The translations under genes were made by a program, and so were the position numbers. From Chloroflexota bacterium (GTDB lineage Bacteria > Chloroflexota > Limnocylindria > Limnocylindrales > CSP1-4): a stretch of 64,000 bases of DNA. Location of the stretch: NCBI GenBank assembly GCA_046328155.1, contig JAXLXC010000002.1, forward strand, positions 63,129 to 127,128, in the 5' to 3' direction. Shown one piece after another: positions 1 through 10,024 of this stretch. Each line of letters begins with the position of its first letter. Position 1 is the stretch's first letter. The notes beneath the pieces are model-generated. The model saw nothing but the letters and a program-made list of their open reading frames with translations. It had not been told where the DNA came from and made no database searches.

Positions 1-23
1 GGTCAGCTGTCAGGCGTCCCGGA

Positions 24-1085
24 TCAGCGGAGGTCGTCGACCCCCACCAGGCCATCGTGGCGTGCACCGTCGAAGATGAGGGTCGGGATCTTGCGGGTCG
101 AGATCGCGTCCCGGACCAGCTGCTGGTTGGCCTCGATGCGCTGGGCCACCTGCTCGGAGCCGGCCTCCGCGGCGACGCCGTCGATGGCCGCCTGGTCCAG
201 GCCCATCTCCGCCATCCATGCGTGGAGCAGCGCGGTGACGTCCTCGGTCGATGACTCGTTGACCACGGTCTGCCAGGCCGTCCCGTCCGGGCTGGCCCCG
301 GTGAGGATCCGTTCCAGGATCTGCCAGTCCACGGGCACCGTGGCGCCGTCCAGCGGATGCAGCCGCAGCGCCTCCAGGTAGCTCACCACGAGGTCGGAGT
401 TGGGGAACTTGGTACCCATGGGCCCGGGGATGGGATATGCGATGTAGGTCAGGTTGTAGCGGTCGGCGAAGCCGGCCTGCTGGATGTTCGCAGCCAGCTG
501 TGCGCACACGGAGCATCCCGGGTCCACGATCTCCAGGGCAGTGGGCCGTGCCTCGTCAGCGCCGCTGAGCCAGGTCGCGTCCTCGGGCAGGTAGTCGGCG
601 GCATCCCAGGTCCTCAGGCGGTCGGGGATGGAGGTGACGGTGTCAACGACGTCACCGACCTCGTTGCCCACGGCCCCCACGATGTCCAGCCGCAGCAGGG
701 AGTCGAGGAACGAGGGCGTGGAGTCGCCGATGGAGCACGCCTCCGCCCCCAGGGCGCAGCCCTGCGGGTTGGCCTTGTCGCAGGTGCCATACACCCACAG
801 GTTGAGCGCCCCCTTGGCCACCACGTACGCGCTCCAGACGGTGGTGATGACGATGAGCAGCGCACCGATCTCGATGGCCACGGCAGCCGGTCGGACGAGG
901 CCCGGTCGCCATGCGGCGACCGGGGCCAGGAGATGGTCCTTGATGTCCTGGCTGAACGACGTGTCGCAGGGCCGCAGCGTCATCCGGCGCACCGCGCAGC
1001 CCCACGCGCGCCTGATGTAGCCCCGGTAGCGCGCCGAGAACGTGCCCAGGACCAGGAGCACGATGAACGCGGCGATGCAGAACAT
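24..1085 (-). CDS. membrane-anchored thioredoxin-fold (DsbA-like) thiol-disulfide oxidoreductase
   Basis: 353-aa ORF with ATG at 1085. N-terminal hydrophobic helices (MFCIAAFIVLLVLG, IGALLIVITTVWSAYVV) carry several Cys. C-terminal thioredoxin-like part has CxxC (VDPGCSVCAQL). Confidence 0.5.
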   Translation of the reverse strand: MFCIAAFIVLLVLGTFSARYRGYIRRAWGCAVRRMTLRPCDTSFSQDIKDHLLAPVAAWRPGLVRPAAVAIEIGALLIVITTVWSAYVVAKGALNLWVYGTCDKANPQGCALGAEACSIGDSTPSFLDSLLRLDIVGAVGNEVGDVVDTVTSIPDRLRTWDAADYLPEDATWLSGADEARPTALEIVDPGCSVCAQLAANIQQAGFADRYNLTYIAYPIPGPMGTKFPNSDLVVSYLEALRLHPLDGATVPVDWQILERILTGASPDGTAWQTVVNESSTEDVTALLHAWMAEMGLDQAAIDGVAAEAGSEQVAQRIEANQQLVRDAISTRKIPTLIFDGARHDGLVGVDDLR

Positions 1086-1094
1086 GGGCGGCGG

Positions 1095-2286
1095 CTACCC
1101 CAGGCCCCGCATCAGCCGGTCGAGCGCCTGCACCGCAGCATCCACCTCGGTCGCCGTGGAGTGCAGCCCCAGCGAGAGGCGCAGCAGCGGCGGCAGGCCC
1201 AGCCGCTCCCGCAGCTCGTGATGGACGCAGAAGTAGCCGCTCCGGACCATGATCCTCTGGCGTGACAGGAACACCGCCAACCGATGCGAATCCTGTCGGG
1301 GCGCGTACAGGCTGACGATGCTGCTGGGACCGCGGTTGAGCAGCGTCACCCCAGGCACCTCGGCCAGCCCCTCGTACAGCCGCCGCCCCAGCGACTCCAG
1401 ATGGGCGCCGGGTGTGGCGTCGCCGAGCCGCAGCCCCTCGAGCCAGCCGAGGGCTGCGCGGAGGCCCACGATCTCGCCCCAGGCCTGGAGGCCGGGCTCG
1501 AGCTTGGACGCGGGGTCGTCAGGCAGCAGGTCGAAGTCCTGCTCCCGGACGTCCGACACCATGCCACCGCCCACGAAGCCCACGTCCAGGCGGTCGATGA
1601 GCTCGCGACGGGCGACCACCACGCCCAGCGTGGGCGCATAGGCCTTGTGGCCCGACCAGCAGATGGCATCGGCCTCGGTGCCCTGCAGCAGGTCGACGGC
1701 ATGGGGGACCGCCTGCGCGGCATCCAGCACCACGATGCCGCCCCGGGCGTGCGCGTCCCGGACCAGGGTCGCGAGGTTCGCGAGCCGTCGCCCGTCCACG
1801 TTGGAGACCGCGTTGACCACGACCACGGCCCGCTCCAGCTGCGCCGGTGCGTAGGCCAGCGCGCCGTCCGCCTCCCGGTCCAGCACGAGCCGTTCGATGC
1901 CCAGTCGCCGCGCCGCGGTCATGGTCGGCAGGAACACCGAGTTGTGCTCCGCGTGGCTGGTCAGCACACGCTGGAAGATCGCCCGCCGGGAGCTGCGAGA
2001 GAAGGAGGTTGATGCCATAGCTGGTGTTGAGCGTGAACGACACCGTGTGCGTGTGCCCGGACAGGCCCAGCAGGTCGAGCACCGCGTCGCGCGTCGCCCC
2101 CACCTCCTCGTCCACGCGGTGACCCCACGCGTATCGGACGCGGCCGCCACATGCGCCGAACGTGGTGTAGTAGCCGGTGATCGCATCGATGACCGGGCGT
2201 GGTCGCAGGCTCTGGCACGCGGCATCGAGGTAGATGTCGTTGGCGTCGAGCCACGAGAACCCGTCGGGTCGAGCGCCCGAGGGCAC
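1095..2286 (-). pseudogene. class-V aminotransferase / cysteine-desulfurase-family enzyme with one reading-frame break
   Basis: N-terminal ~100 aa (FSWLDANDIYLDAACQSL...TLNTSYGINLLLSQLPAG) lie in the frame of ORF 1519..2286. The remainder (IFQRVLTSHAEHNSVF...AICWSGHKAYAPTLGVVV, PLP-lysine motif SGHK) lies in the frame of ORF 1095..2519. The junction is about 1975-1985, in a G/C run. Confidence 0.6.
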
Positions 2287-2504
2287 CGAGCCAGCGACCG
2301 GGCCGCGTCTGGATCCGGTACGATCGGACGGTAGGTGCCCGGCTCGGCCCCGGGGTGGTGCGCGCCGGTCACGAACCGGCGGTGCCGTTCGGCCCGTTCG
2401 GCCCGTCCCCGGCCATCGCTCGTGCGTCGGGCGGCCGTCGGCGCTGTCATCCCCCTCTCATGGAACGGGCCTAGAGTCGGCCTCCGACCCCAGCCCCACC
2501 GAGG

Positions 2505-3458
2505 GTGCGCATGCTGCAACGAGGAGACCGGTCAGGGCAGCTCGAGCGGCTTCGCCCGACTGGCGGATGGCTCCCAGCCACCCGCCGTCGTCCCGCTGAC
2601 GCGCCGTCCGAGGCGCTGCAGCCCAAGCGGCGCGCGTTCCGAGGTCGCGTCCGCTCGACGCTCGCCCGCCTGGCGCCCTTCGCCTCGGGCGTGCTGGCGG
2701 TGCTGGTGGCACTCGCGATCTTCGCGCGGCTGACCCCAGCCACGACGCCCATCACCACCCAGGACGTCGACCAACGCGTGGAGCAGGTGCTCTCCTCGCA
2801 GGTGCCCGGACCCGCCTACTCGGCGCTCGCGTTCGCGGTCATCGCGCCGTCCCTGGTGCTCATCCAGACCCACTCGGACGGCGACGCTGGCGACGGCGAG
2901 GCCGCTGCCACCGCGATGCCCACGGACGGGCTGGGCAGCGGGGTGCTGGTGACCGACGACGGCGTGATCCTCACGGCGCTCCACGTGGTCGATGGCGCCG
3001 AGCGGATCACGCTCACCTTCGCCGATGGCTCGACCGGGGTGGGGACGGTCATCCAGGAGCAGCCCGACCGGGACATCGCGATGGTCCAGGCGGACGAGGT
3101 CCCCGCCGATGCGTCCCCCGCGGTGCTGGGCAACAGCGGTCTCCCGGTGGGCAGCGAGGCCTATGCCGTCGGCAGCCCGTATGGCCTGTTCGGCTCCCTG
3201 TCCGCGGGCGTCATCTCAGGTCAGGGTCGCACCTTCCGGCTGCCCGACAGCGACATCACCGTGAGCGGGCTCATCCAGTTCGATGCCGCGGTCAACCCGG
3301 GCAACTCGGGAGGCCCCCTGCTGGACCGCGCGGGACACGTCATCGGCATCGTCATCGCCCTGCTCAACCCCACCGACGACGACACGTTCGCGGGCATCGG
3401 GCTCGCGGTGCCCATCGCCGCCGCCGCGGGCGGTGGCGGCGCCAACCCGCCCTACTGA
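2505..3458 (+). CDS. membrane-anchored trypsin-like serine protease (S1C/HtrA-like, no PDZ domain)
   Basis: TM helix LAPFASGVLAVLVALAIFA. Catalytic-triad contexts TALHVV (His), DRDIAMV (Asp), GNSGGPLLD (Ser). Alternative ATG start at 2511. Confidence 0.75.
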   Translation: MRMLQRGDRSGQLERLRPTGGWLPATRRRPADAPSEALQPKRRAFRGRVRSTLARLAPFASGVLAVLVALAIFARLTPATTPITTQDVDQRVEQVLSSQVPGPAYSALAFAVIAPSLVLIQTHSDGDAGDGEAAATAMPTDGLGSGVLVTDDGVILTALHVVDGAERITLTFADGSTGVGTVIQEQPDRDIAMVQADEVPADASPAVLGNSGLPVGSEAYAVGSPYGLFGSLSAGVISGQGRTFRLPDSDITVSGLIQFDAAVNPGNSGGPLLDRAGHVIGIVIALLNPTDDDTFAGIGLAVPIAAAAGGGGANPPY

Positions 3459-3465
3459 GCCAGGC

Positions 3466-4491
3466 ATGGAGGACCTCATGGAGCCAAGTCCCATCGACCT
3501 CGACCGGATCAGACCCGTGGAGCGGGTGTTGTACGAGGTCAAGCGCGTGATCGTGGGTCAGGACCACCTCCTGGAGCGGCTCCTGGTGGCGCTCCTCGCG
3601 CGTGGCCACATCCTGGTGGAGGGCGTGCCCGGTCTGGCGAAGACCATGGCCATCAAGACGCTCGCCGACACCATCGGCGGTCGCTTCAGGCGCATCCAGT
3701 TCACGCCCGACCTGGTGCCCGCGGATCTGGTGGGGACGCGCATCTTCGACCAGAAGGCCGGCGAGTTCACGACCTGGCTGGGGCCGGTGTTCGCGAACCT
3801 GCTGCTCGCGGACGAGATCAACCGGGCGCCCGCCAAGGTGCAGAGCGCGCTGCTCGAGGTGATGCAGGAGCACCAGGTGACCATCGGCCTGGAGACCCAT
3901 CGGGTGCCCGACCCGTTCCTCGTGCTCGCGACCCAGAACCCCATCGAGAGCGAGGGCACCTATCAGCTGCCGGAGGCGCAGGTCGACCGGTTCATGCTCA
4001 AGGTGCTGGTGGGCTACCCCTCGCCCAGCGAGGAGTTCGTCATCGTGGAGCGCCAGATCGGCCCGCCGCTCGCGGCGCAGCCGGTGCTCACGGCGGCGCA
4101 GCTGGGCGACCTGCAGCGGCAGGCGGACGCCGTGTACGTCGATCCGGCGCTCATCGAGTACGCGGTGCGCATGGTGTCCGCCACGCGAGCCCCGGAGCAG
4201 CACGGCATCCGCGAGCTCGGCCGCTACATCACCTTCGGCGCCAGCCCGCGCGCGTCCATCAACCTCATCCTCTCGGCGAAGGCGCTCGCGTTCGTGCGCG
4301 GCCGCGACTATGCGCTCCCCCAGGACGTCCTGGACATGGCGCTCGACGTCCTGCGCCATCGGCTGGTGCTGTCCTACGAGGCGCTCACGGACGACGTCAC
4401 GGCCGACGACCTGCTGCGCACCATCATCGCCCGAATCCCCATCCCGGTGGTCCCGCTCCATGGCCATAGCGACATCCGCGTCAGCGCCTGA
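3466..4491 (+). CDS. MoxR-family AAA+ ATPase
   Basis: ATG 3466 lies 8 nt after the protease stop. Walker A GVPGLAKT, Walker B LLLADEINRA, and typical MoxR tail (ASPRASINLILSAKALAFVRGRDY). Confidence 0.85.
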   Translation: MEDLMEPSPIDLDRIRPVERVLYEVKRVIVGQDHLLERLLVALLARGHILVEGVPGLAKTMAIKTLADTIGGRFRRIQFTPDLVPADLVGTRIFDQKAGEFTTWLGPVFANLLLADEINRAPAKVQSALLEVMQEHQVTIGLETHRVPDPFLVLATQNPIESEGTYQLPEAQVDRFMLKVLVGYPSPSEEFVIVERQIGPPLAAQPVLTAAQLGDLQRQADAVYVDPALIEYAVRMVSATRAPEQHGIRELGRYITFGASPRASINLILSAKALAFVRGRDYALPQDVLDMALDVLRHRLVLSYEALTDDVTADDLLRTIIARIPIPVVPLHGHSDIRVSA

Positions 4492-5365
4492 GCGGGTCCT
4501 CCAGCGCATCGACTGGCAGGTCGTCCGACGTCTGGACGGCCTGCTCCAGGGCGGCTATCGGAGCCTGTTCCTGGGCAGCGGCGTGGACCTCGCCGGGCTG
4601 CGCGAGTACCAGGTCCAGGACGACGTCCGGTACATCGACTGGAACGTCACGGCCCGCATGGACGTGCCCTACGTGCGGCTGTACCACGAGGACCGGGACA
4701 TCACGGGCTGGTTCCTGGTGGACCTGTCGCCCTCGGTCGACTTCGGCACGGTCCGTGACGGACGCGAGAAGCGCGCCGCGATCATCGACCTCGTCACCGC
4801 GCTGGCGCGGGTGCTCCAGCGCCACGGCAACCGGGTGGGTGCGATCATGTACGGCGACCGGATTGCCACGCCCATCCCGGCACGTGGCGGACGCGACCAG
4901 GTGCTGCGGATCACGGAGGCGCTGCTGGCCGCGCCCCGCCTGCCGCGCGCCGAGGCGACGGACCTCACCACCCTGCTCGCGACCGCGATGACCACCATCC
5001 GCCGACGATCGCTCGTCGTGGTCGTCTCGGACTTCATCAGCCGCCCCGGCTGGGAGCAGCCGCTGTCGCTGCTCGCCCGGCGCCACGAGGTGCTCGCCAT
5101 CCGGGTGCACGACCCGCGGGAGGCGTCGCTGCCCGACGTGGGGGCGCTCGTGATGCAGGACGCGGAGAGCGGCGAGCAGCTCTGGGTCGACACCCACGAC
5201 CGAGCCTTCCGGGCGCGGTTCGAGGCGGCCGCGCTGGATCGAGAGGCAGCCTTGGCCGCCACCTTCCGACGCGTGGGCATCGACGCCCATGCCATGTCCA
5301 CCGATGACGACCTCGTGGCGACCATCGTGCGCATCGCCCACCAGCGCGCGCGCAGGAGGCGCTAG
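4460..5365 (+). CDS. DUF58-family protein (MoxR partner)
   Basis: Hallmark REYQVQDDVRYIDWNVTARMDVPYVRLY. Overlaps the MoxR 3' end. The start (ATG 4460) is approximate. Confidence 0.75.
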   Translation: MAIATSASAPERVLQRIDWQVVRRLDGLLQGGYRSLFLGSGVDLAGLREYQVQDDVRYIDWNVTARMDVPYVRLYHEDRDITGWFLVDLSPSVDFGTVRDGREKRAAIIDLVTALARVLQRHGNRVGAIMYGDRIATPIPARGGRDQVLRITEALLAAPRLPRAEATDLTTLLATAMTTIRRRSLVVVVSDFISRPGWEQPLSLLARRHEVLAIRVHDPREASLPDVGALVMQDAESGEQLWVDTHDRAFRARFEAAALDREAALAATFRRVGIDAHAMSTDDDLVATIVRIAHQRARRRR

Positions 5366-6385
5366 ATGTCGTTCCTGTGGCCGTGGGCACTGCTCCTGCT
5401 GCTCCTGCTGCCCCTCGCCGCGCTGGGCTACCTGACGCTTGAGGGTCGACGTCGGGCGCGCCTCGCCGGGCTGGGCAGCCTGGCGGTGGCGGTCTCGACC
5501 GGGGCGCCCGGTGGCGCGGGCCGCTCGGTGCGTCGCTGGCTGCCCGCGGCCCTGGTGCTGGCCGGTCTCGCCACGCTCGTCGTCGCCATCGCCCGGCCGC
5601 AGGCGGTCGTGGGCATCCCCCGTCAGGAAGGCATCGTGGTGCTCGCGTTCGACGTGTCGGCGAGCATGGCCGCCGACGACATCGAGCCGACGCGCATGGA
5701 GGCCGCCAAGGCCGCCGCGACCTCCTTCGTGGGACGGCAGCCCGATGGCGTGGTCATCGGCATCGTCGCGTTCAGCGACAGCGGCATCCAGGTCCAGGCG
5801 CCCACGAGCGACCAGGACGCGGTCCTCGCGGCCATCGCGCGGCTCCAGCCCGAGCGAGGGACGTCGCTCAACCAGGGCATCGGTGCGGCACTCGAGGCCA
5901 TCGCCGCCGCCGAGGACCCAACGGTGCACGGCTACTACACCAACCGGTCGCCCGAACCGACCGCCTCGCCCACGCCCGTGCCGGCCGGGAGCCACGGCTC
6001 CGCGCTGGTCGTGCTCATCAGCGACGGCGAGGCGACCGGGGACCAGGATCCCTTGGTGGGCGCCCAGGCGGCGGCCGACCGGGGCATCCGGGTGGACACG
6101 GTGGGCGTGGGCAGCGCCGCCGGCGCGGTCATCGACGTCGAGGGGTTCCAGGTACAGACGCAGCTCGACGAGGCCACGCTCCAGGCGATCGCGGACACGA
6201 CCGGGGGCACCTACCAGCACGCGACGAGCGCCGACGCGCTCCAGCACGCCTACGACGCGCTCGAGCTCCGCCTGGCGGTCCACGAGGAGTCGATGGAGGT
6301 AACCTCCCTGGTCGCCGCCCTGGGCCTGGGGCTGCTGCTGCTGGGTGGCGTGGCGGGTCTCGTGTGGCTGGGGCGGCTGCCATGA
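5366..6385 (+). CDS. VWA-domain membrane protein (BatA-like)
   Basis: N-terminal MSFLWPWALLLLLLLP helix, MIDAS motif VLAFDVSASM, C-terminal TM helix. Starts directly after the DUF58 stop. Confidence 0.8.
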   Translation: MSFLWPWALLLLLLLPLAALGYLTLEGRRRARLAGLGSLAVAVSTGAPGGAGRSVRRWLPAALVLAGLATLVVAIARPQAVVGIPRQEGIVVLAFDVSASMAADDIEPTRMEAAKAAATSFVGRQPDGVVIGIVAFSDSGIQVQAPTSDQDAVLAAIARLQPERGTSLNQGIGAALEAIAAAEDPTVHGYYTNRSPEPTASPTPVPAGSHGSALVVLISDGEATGDQDPLVGAQAAADRGIRVDTVGVGSAAGAVIDVEGFQVQTQLDEATLQAIADTTGGTYQHATSADALQHAYDALELRLAVHEESMEVTSLVAALGLGLLLLGGVAGLVWLGRLP

Positions 6386-7476
6386 CGCTCCTCTGGCCAG
6401 GCTTCCTGCTCCTCCTGCTGCTGGTGCCCGCGCTCGTCGCCCTGTACGCATTGGTGCTGCGTCGGCGGCGCGGCCACGCGGCGGTCCGGTTCTCCAGCCT
6501 GTCGCTGGTCGCCGCGGCGCGCCCGGGTGGCTCGCGGATCCGTCGACACCTGCCGTTCGGGCTGTTCGCGGCCTCGATCGCCGCGCTGGTGATCGCGCTC
6601 GCCCGCCCCGGCGCGGTGGTGGCGGTGCCCACCGGGCAGTCCACCATCCTGCTGGTCATGGACGTGTCGCGGAGCATGTGCTCCACGGACATCGACCCCA
6701 ACCGGCTGCTCGCCGCCGAGGAGGCGGCCGCCTCGTTCATCGAGTCGCAGGCCGCCGGGACGCGAATCGGCATCGTCGCGTTCTCGGGGTTCGCGGAGCT
6801 CGTCCAGCCACCCACCGACGACCGCGACGCGCTCCTGGCCGCCGTCCGAAGCCTGACCACGGGCCGACGCACCGCCATGGGCAGCGGGATCCTGACGGCC
6901 ATCGATGCCATCGCCGAGATCGACCCGTCGGTGGCCCCCTCCGTGACCGACTCGACGCCCGGCGTGGCGCCCGACCCCGTGGCGGATGGCACGCAGGCCG
7001 CGGCCATCATCGTGGTCCTGACCGACGGCGCGAGCAACGCCGGCGCGGACCCGCTCGAGGCCGCGCAGCAGGCCGCCGACCGGGGCCTCCGGGTCTACAC
7101 CATCGGGTTCGGCACGGTCGAGGGCGACGAGTTCGATGCCTCGTGCGGCGCCAGCCTCATCGGTCGCGAACCCGGCGACAACGGGTTCGGCGGGGCTGGC
7201 GGCGGCGGCTTCGGCGGTGGGGGAGGCGGGGCTGGCGGCGGCGGCTTCCGTCGGGGCATCGACGAGGACACGCTCAAGGCGGTCGCCGCCGCGACCGGCG
7301 GCGAGTACCACCCGGCGGAGAGCGCCTCGGAGCTCGACGCGGTATTCCAGGGGCTGCCCACGTCGACCATCACGCGCCAGGAGGTCATGGAGGTATCGGC
7401 GCTGTTCGTGGGCTTGGGCGCGCTGCTGGCCATCGGGGCCATCGGACTGTCACAGGCCTGGCGACCTCTGCCATAG
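6382..7476 (+). CDS. VWA-domain membrane protein (BatB-like) with Gly-rich insertion
   Basis: ATGA overlap with the preceding gene. MTLLWPGFLLLLLLVP, MIDAS LLVMDVSRSM, insertion GFGGAGGGGFGGGGGGAGGGGF, C-terminal TM helix. Confidence 0.8.
   Translation: MTLLWPGFLLLLLLVPALVALYALVLRRRRGHAAVRFSSLSLVAAARPGGSRIRRHLPFGLFAASIAALVIALARPGAVVAVPTGQSTILLVMDVSRSMCSTDIDPNRLLAAEEAAASFIESQAAGTRIGIVAFSGFAELVQPPTDDRDALLAAVRSLTTGRRTAMGSGILTAIDAIAEIDPSVAPSVTDSTPGVAPDPVADGTQAAAIIVVLTDGASNAGADPLEAAQQAADRGLRVYTIGFGTVEGDEFDASCGASLIGREPGDNGFGGAGGGGFGGGGGGAGGGGFRRGIDEDTLKAVAAATGGEYHPAESASELDAVFQGLPTSTITRQEVMEVSALFVGLGALLAIGAIGLSQAWRPLP
7189..7248 (+). repeat. perfect 24-nt direct repeat (period 36 nt) inside the second VWA gene
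   Basis: GGCGGGGCTGGCGGCGGCGGCTTC occurs at 7189-7212 and again at 7225-7248. It encodes the duplicated GAGGGGF segment. Confidence 0.9.
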
Positions 7477-7484
7477 TGCCCGGC

Positions 7485-8162
7485 ATGGCCGTGCGGACCG
7501 TGATGGAGCGTGGGACGAGGGGCAAGCGGGCGGTCGCGTTCGCCCTCGACTGGCCAGGCTGGAGCCGCGGCGCCCGCTCGCCGGAGGAGGCGCTCGAGAC
7601 GCTGGCGGCATATCGCGCTCGATATCGCCCCGTCGCCGCCGGGGCTGGGATGGCCGACGAGTTCGACGGCGCAGGCGAGTTCGAGGTCGTGGAGGATCGG
7701 GTCGGCACCGGGTCCACCGACTTCTGGGGCATCTCCTTCACGCCCAGCTCGTTCGAGCAGGAGCCCATGGACGCAGCCGAGCTGGAGCGCAAGCTCCGCC
7801 TGCTCCAGGCGGCGTGGGCGCACTTCGATTCGGTCGCGGGCCGCGTGTCGCCCGTGATGCGCAAGGGGCCGCGGGGCGGCGGGCGTGACCGCGATCGCAT
7901 CGTGCGTCACACCATCCGCACCGAGAGCGAGGACATGGCCAAGAAGGTCGGCCTGCGGATCCCGGAGGAGGGTGCCCTGGGCGACGCCCTGCCGGGCTAC
8001 CGCGCTGCCTTCGTGGAGGCGATGCGCGCCTACCAGCGCGGCGAGATCCCTGGGCGGATGTACACCTGGACGCTGCCGTTCCTGGTCCGCCATGCGGCGT
8101 TCCACACCATGGATCACGCATGGGAGATGGAGGACAAGGACCTGACCGCCGAGGGCGCCTGA
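7485..8162 (+). CDS. hypothetical protein, possibly DinB-like metal-binding fold
   Basis: 225-aa ORF 9 nt after the VWA gene. His-rich C-terminal half (VRHTIRTE, HAAFHTMDHAWEMED). Function is not recognised with certainty. Confidence 0.4.
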   Translation: MAVRTVMERGTRGKRAVAFALDWPGWSRGARSPEEALETLAAYRARYRPVAAGAGMADEFDGAGEFEVVEDRVGTGSTDFWGISFTPSSFEQEPMDAAELERKLRLLQAAWAHFDSVAGRVSPVMRKGPRGGGRDRDRIVRHTIRTESEDMAKKVGLRIPEEGALGDALPGYRAAFVEAMRAYQRGEIPGRMYTWTLPFLVRHAAFHTMDHAWEMEDKDLTAEGA

Positions 8163-8192
8163 CCAGGGCCCGGGTCGCGGCCGCCGGGGTGG

Positions 8193-9260
8193 TCACCCAG
8201 GGATGGTGAACCAGAACGTGGTGAGCCCGTCGCCCGACTCGACCCCCAGCGCGCCACCCCACGCCGCCACCAGCTGGGCCACGATGGACAGCCCGATGCC
8301 CGCCCCACCGCTGGCGGCCGACCGCGAGGGGTCGACGCGGTAGAAGCGCTCGAACACGTGCGGCAGGTCCGCGGCCGGGATCCCGGGGCCGGTGTTGGCG
8401 ACCTCGATCCGAGACCCCGCGGGCACGTCACGGCTGGCCTTGACCGTCACCCGGCCGCCGGCGGGCGTGTACCGGGTGGCGTTCGAGAGCAGGTTGCCCA
8501 TGACCTGCGCCAGCGCGTCGGGGTCGGCCTCGACCGCCAACGCAGTGGGCGAATCGACCCCCACGGCGACCCCGCGGGCGCGCAGCCCCGGCTCGGCGAG
8601 CTCCACCGCCGCGCGCACCTGCGCCACCAGCTCGAGATGCGCCCGATTCAGCGGACGTCCGGCGTCGCCCATGGCGAGCGTGTCCAGCGACCGGGCGAGG
8701 CGGACCAGCCGCGCCGTCTCCTCCAGGAGCGAGTCGAACTGCGCCTCGTCCGGCGCGATCACGCCGTCGCGCAAGGCCTCCAGATAGCCCTGGAGGTTGG
8801 CCAGCGGCGTGCGCAGCTCGTGCGCGGCGTCCCGGATGAAGCGGTCGCGCGCCTCGCGCTGCTCGGCGAGGGTGGCCGCCATCTGGTCGATGGAGTCCGC
8901 GAGGTCGCGCATCTCGGCTGGCCCCTCGCGTGGCAGGCGGGTCTCGAAGTCGCCACGTGCGACACGCCGCGCCGCCTCGCTCGCCTCGCGCAGCGGCCGG
9001 GCCAGGCGACGGCCGATGACCATCGCCAGGCCGAGCGCCAACCCGATAGCGACCACCAGGCTGACCACCAGCACGCGGCCCACGGAGTCCTGGAACATCG
9101 ACTCGCTGCGCGAGACATCGACGCCCAGCGCCACCATCAGGTCCCCGAACGTCTGGCCGCCGATGACCAGGACGCCGAGGCCCAGGACGGCCATCGCGGT
9201 GACCGCCACCAAGAGCGAGGCGACCGCGATTCGGGCGGCGATGCCATCGAGACGCCTCAT
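8193..9260 (-). CDS. sensor histidine kinase
   Basis: Start reassigned to MRRLDGIAARIAV (ATG 9260). Two TM helices, HAMP-like linker, H-box FIRDAAHELRTPLANLQGYLEAL, ATPase boxes LLSNATRYTPAGG and GGAGIGLSIVAQLV. Confidence 0.85.
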   Translation of the reverse strand: MRRLDGIAARIAVASLLVAVTAMAVLGLGVLVIGGQTFGDLMVALGVDVSRSESMFQDSVGRVLVVSLVVAIGLALGLAMVIGRRLARPLREASEAARRVARGDFETRLPREGPAEMRDLADSIDQMAATLAEQREARDRFIRDAAHELRTPLANLQGYLEALRDGVIAPDEAQFDSLLEETARLVRLARSLDTLAMGDAGRPLNRAHLELVAQVRAAVELAEPGLRARGVAVGVDSPTALAVEADPDALAQVMGNLLSNATRYTPAGGRVTVKASRDVPAGSRIEVANTGPGIPAADLPHVFERFYRVDPSRSAASGGAGIGLSIVAQLVAAWGGALGVESGDGLTTFWFTIPG

Positions 9261-9270
9261 CCGACCCGGC

Positions 9271-10011
9271 TCACTCCGGCGCCCCGGTGCCGGTGACGGC
9301 GCGATACCCGACGCCCCGCACGGTCGCGACGTAGCGCGGCTCGTCCGCGTCGTCGCCCAGCTGGACCCGGAGCCGCCGGATGTTGGCGTCGATGGTCCGG
9401 TCGAGCACGCCGTCCTCATCGGTGCCGTAGAGGGCGTCCAGCAGGCCGTCCCGGGTGAGCACGCGGCCGTCCGCCTCCAGGAGCGCGACCAGGAGCCGGA
9501 ACCCGGTGGGTGACACGTCGACGACCCGCCCACCCAGCGTGACCTCGTGGCGGTCGCGGTCGACGGCCAGGTCGCGCAGCCGCAGCGGCGGCCTGGCGGC
9601 CCCGGCGGCGCCCGGCGCACCCGCGCGCTCCAGCAGTCGGCGGACCCGGAGTGCCAGCTCCGCGGGGGAGAAGGGCTTGGCGAGGTAATCGTCGGCCCCC
9701 ACGGACAACCCCTCGATGCGGTCGGACGTGAGACCGCGCGCCGAGACGACCAGGATGGGCGGTCGCTCGGCAGGATGGGTCACGGCGGCTCGCAGGTCCC
9801 GGATGATGGACAGGCCGTCGATGCCGGGCAGCATCAGGTCCAGCACCACCACGGCCGGTCGCTCGTCCCGCAGCGCTCGCACGGCGGCGGGGCCATCCGC
9901 CGCCTCGACCACCCGATGCCCATCCCGCTCCAGGTAGGTGCGCACCAGGCGCCGGATCTTGGCGTCGTCGTCGACGACGAGGATGGTCGCTGGGGCGCCG
10001 GTGCCGGACAC
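9271..10011 (-). CDS. OmpR-family response regulator
   Basis: Receiver ILVVDDDAKIRRL...VVVLDLMLPGIDG...KPF. Winged-helix end YVATVRGVGYR. GTG start. Lies 10 nt upstream of the kinase gene. Confidence 0.85.
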   Translation of the reverse strand: MSGTGAPATILVVDDDAKIRRLVRTYLERDGHRVVEAADGPAAVRALRDERPAVVVLDLMLPGIDGLSIIRDLRAAVTHPAERPPILVVSARGLTSDRIEGLSVGADDYLAKPFSPAELALRVRRLLERAGAPGAAGAARPPLRLRDLAVDRDRHEVTLGGRVVDVSPTGFRLLVALLEADGRVLTRDGLLDALYGTDEDGVLDRTIDANIRRLRVQLGDDADEPRYVATVRGVGYRAVTGTGAPE

Positions 10012-10024
10012 GCGCGGATGCTAC

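Noticed and set aside
4481-6451. 656-aa ORF on the minus strand
   Set aside because: It is antisense to the DUF58 and VWA genes, which have clear family motifs. The translation is Arg/Gly/Pro/His-rich with no motif. This is the typical high-GC shadow ORF.
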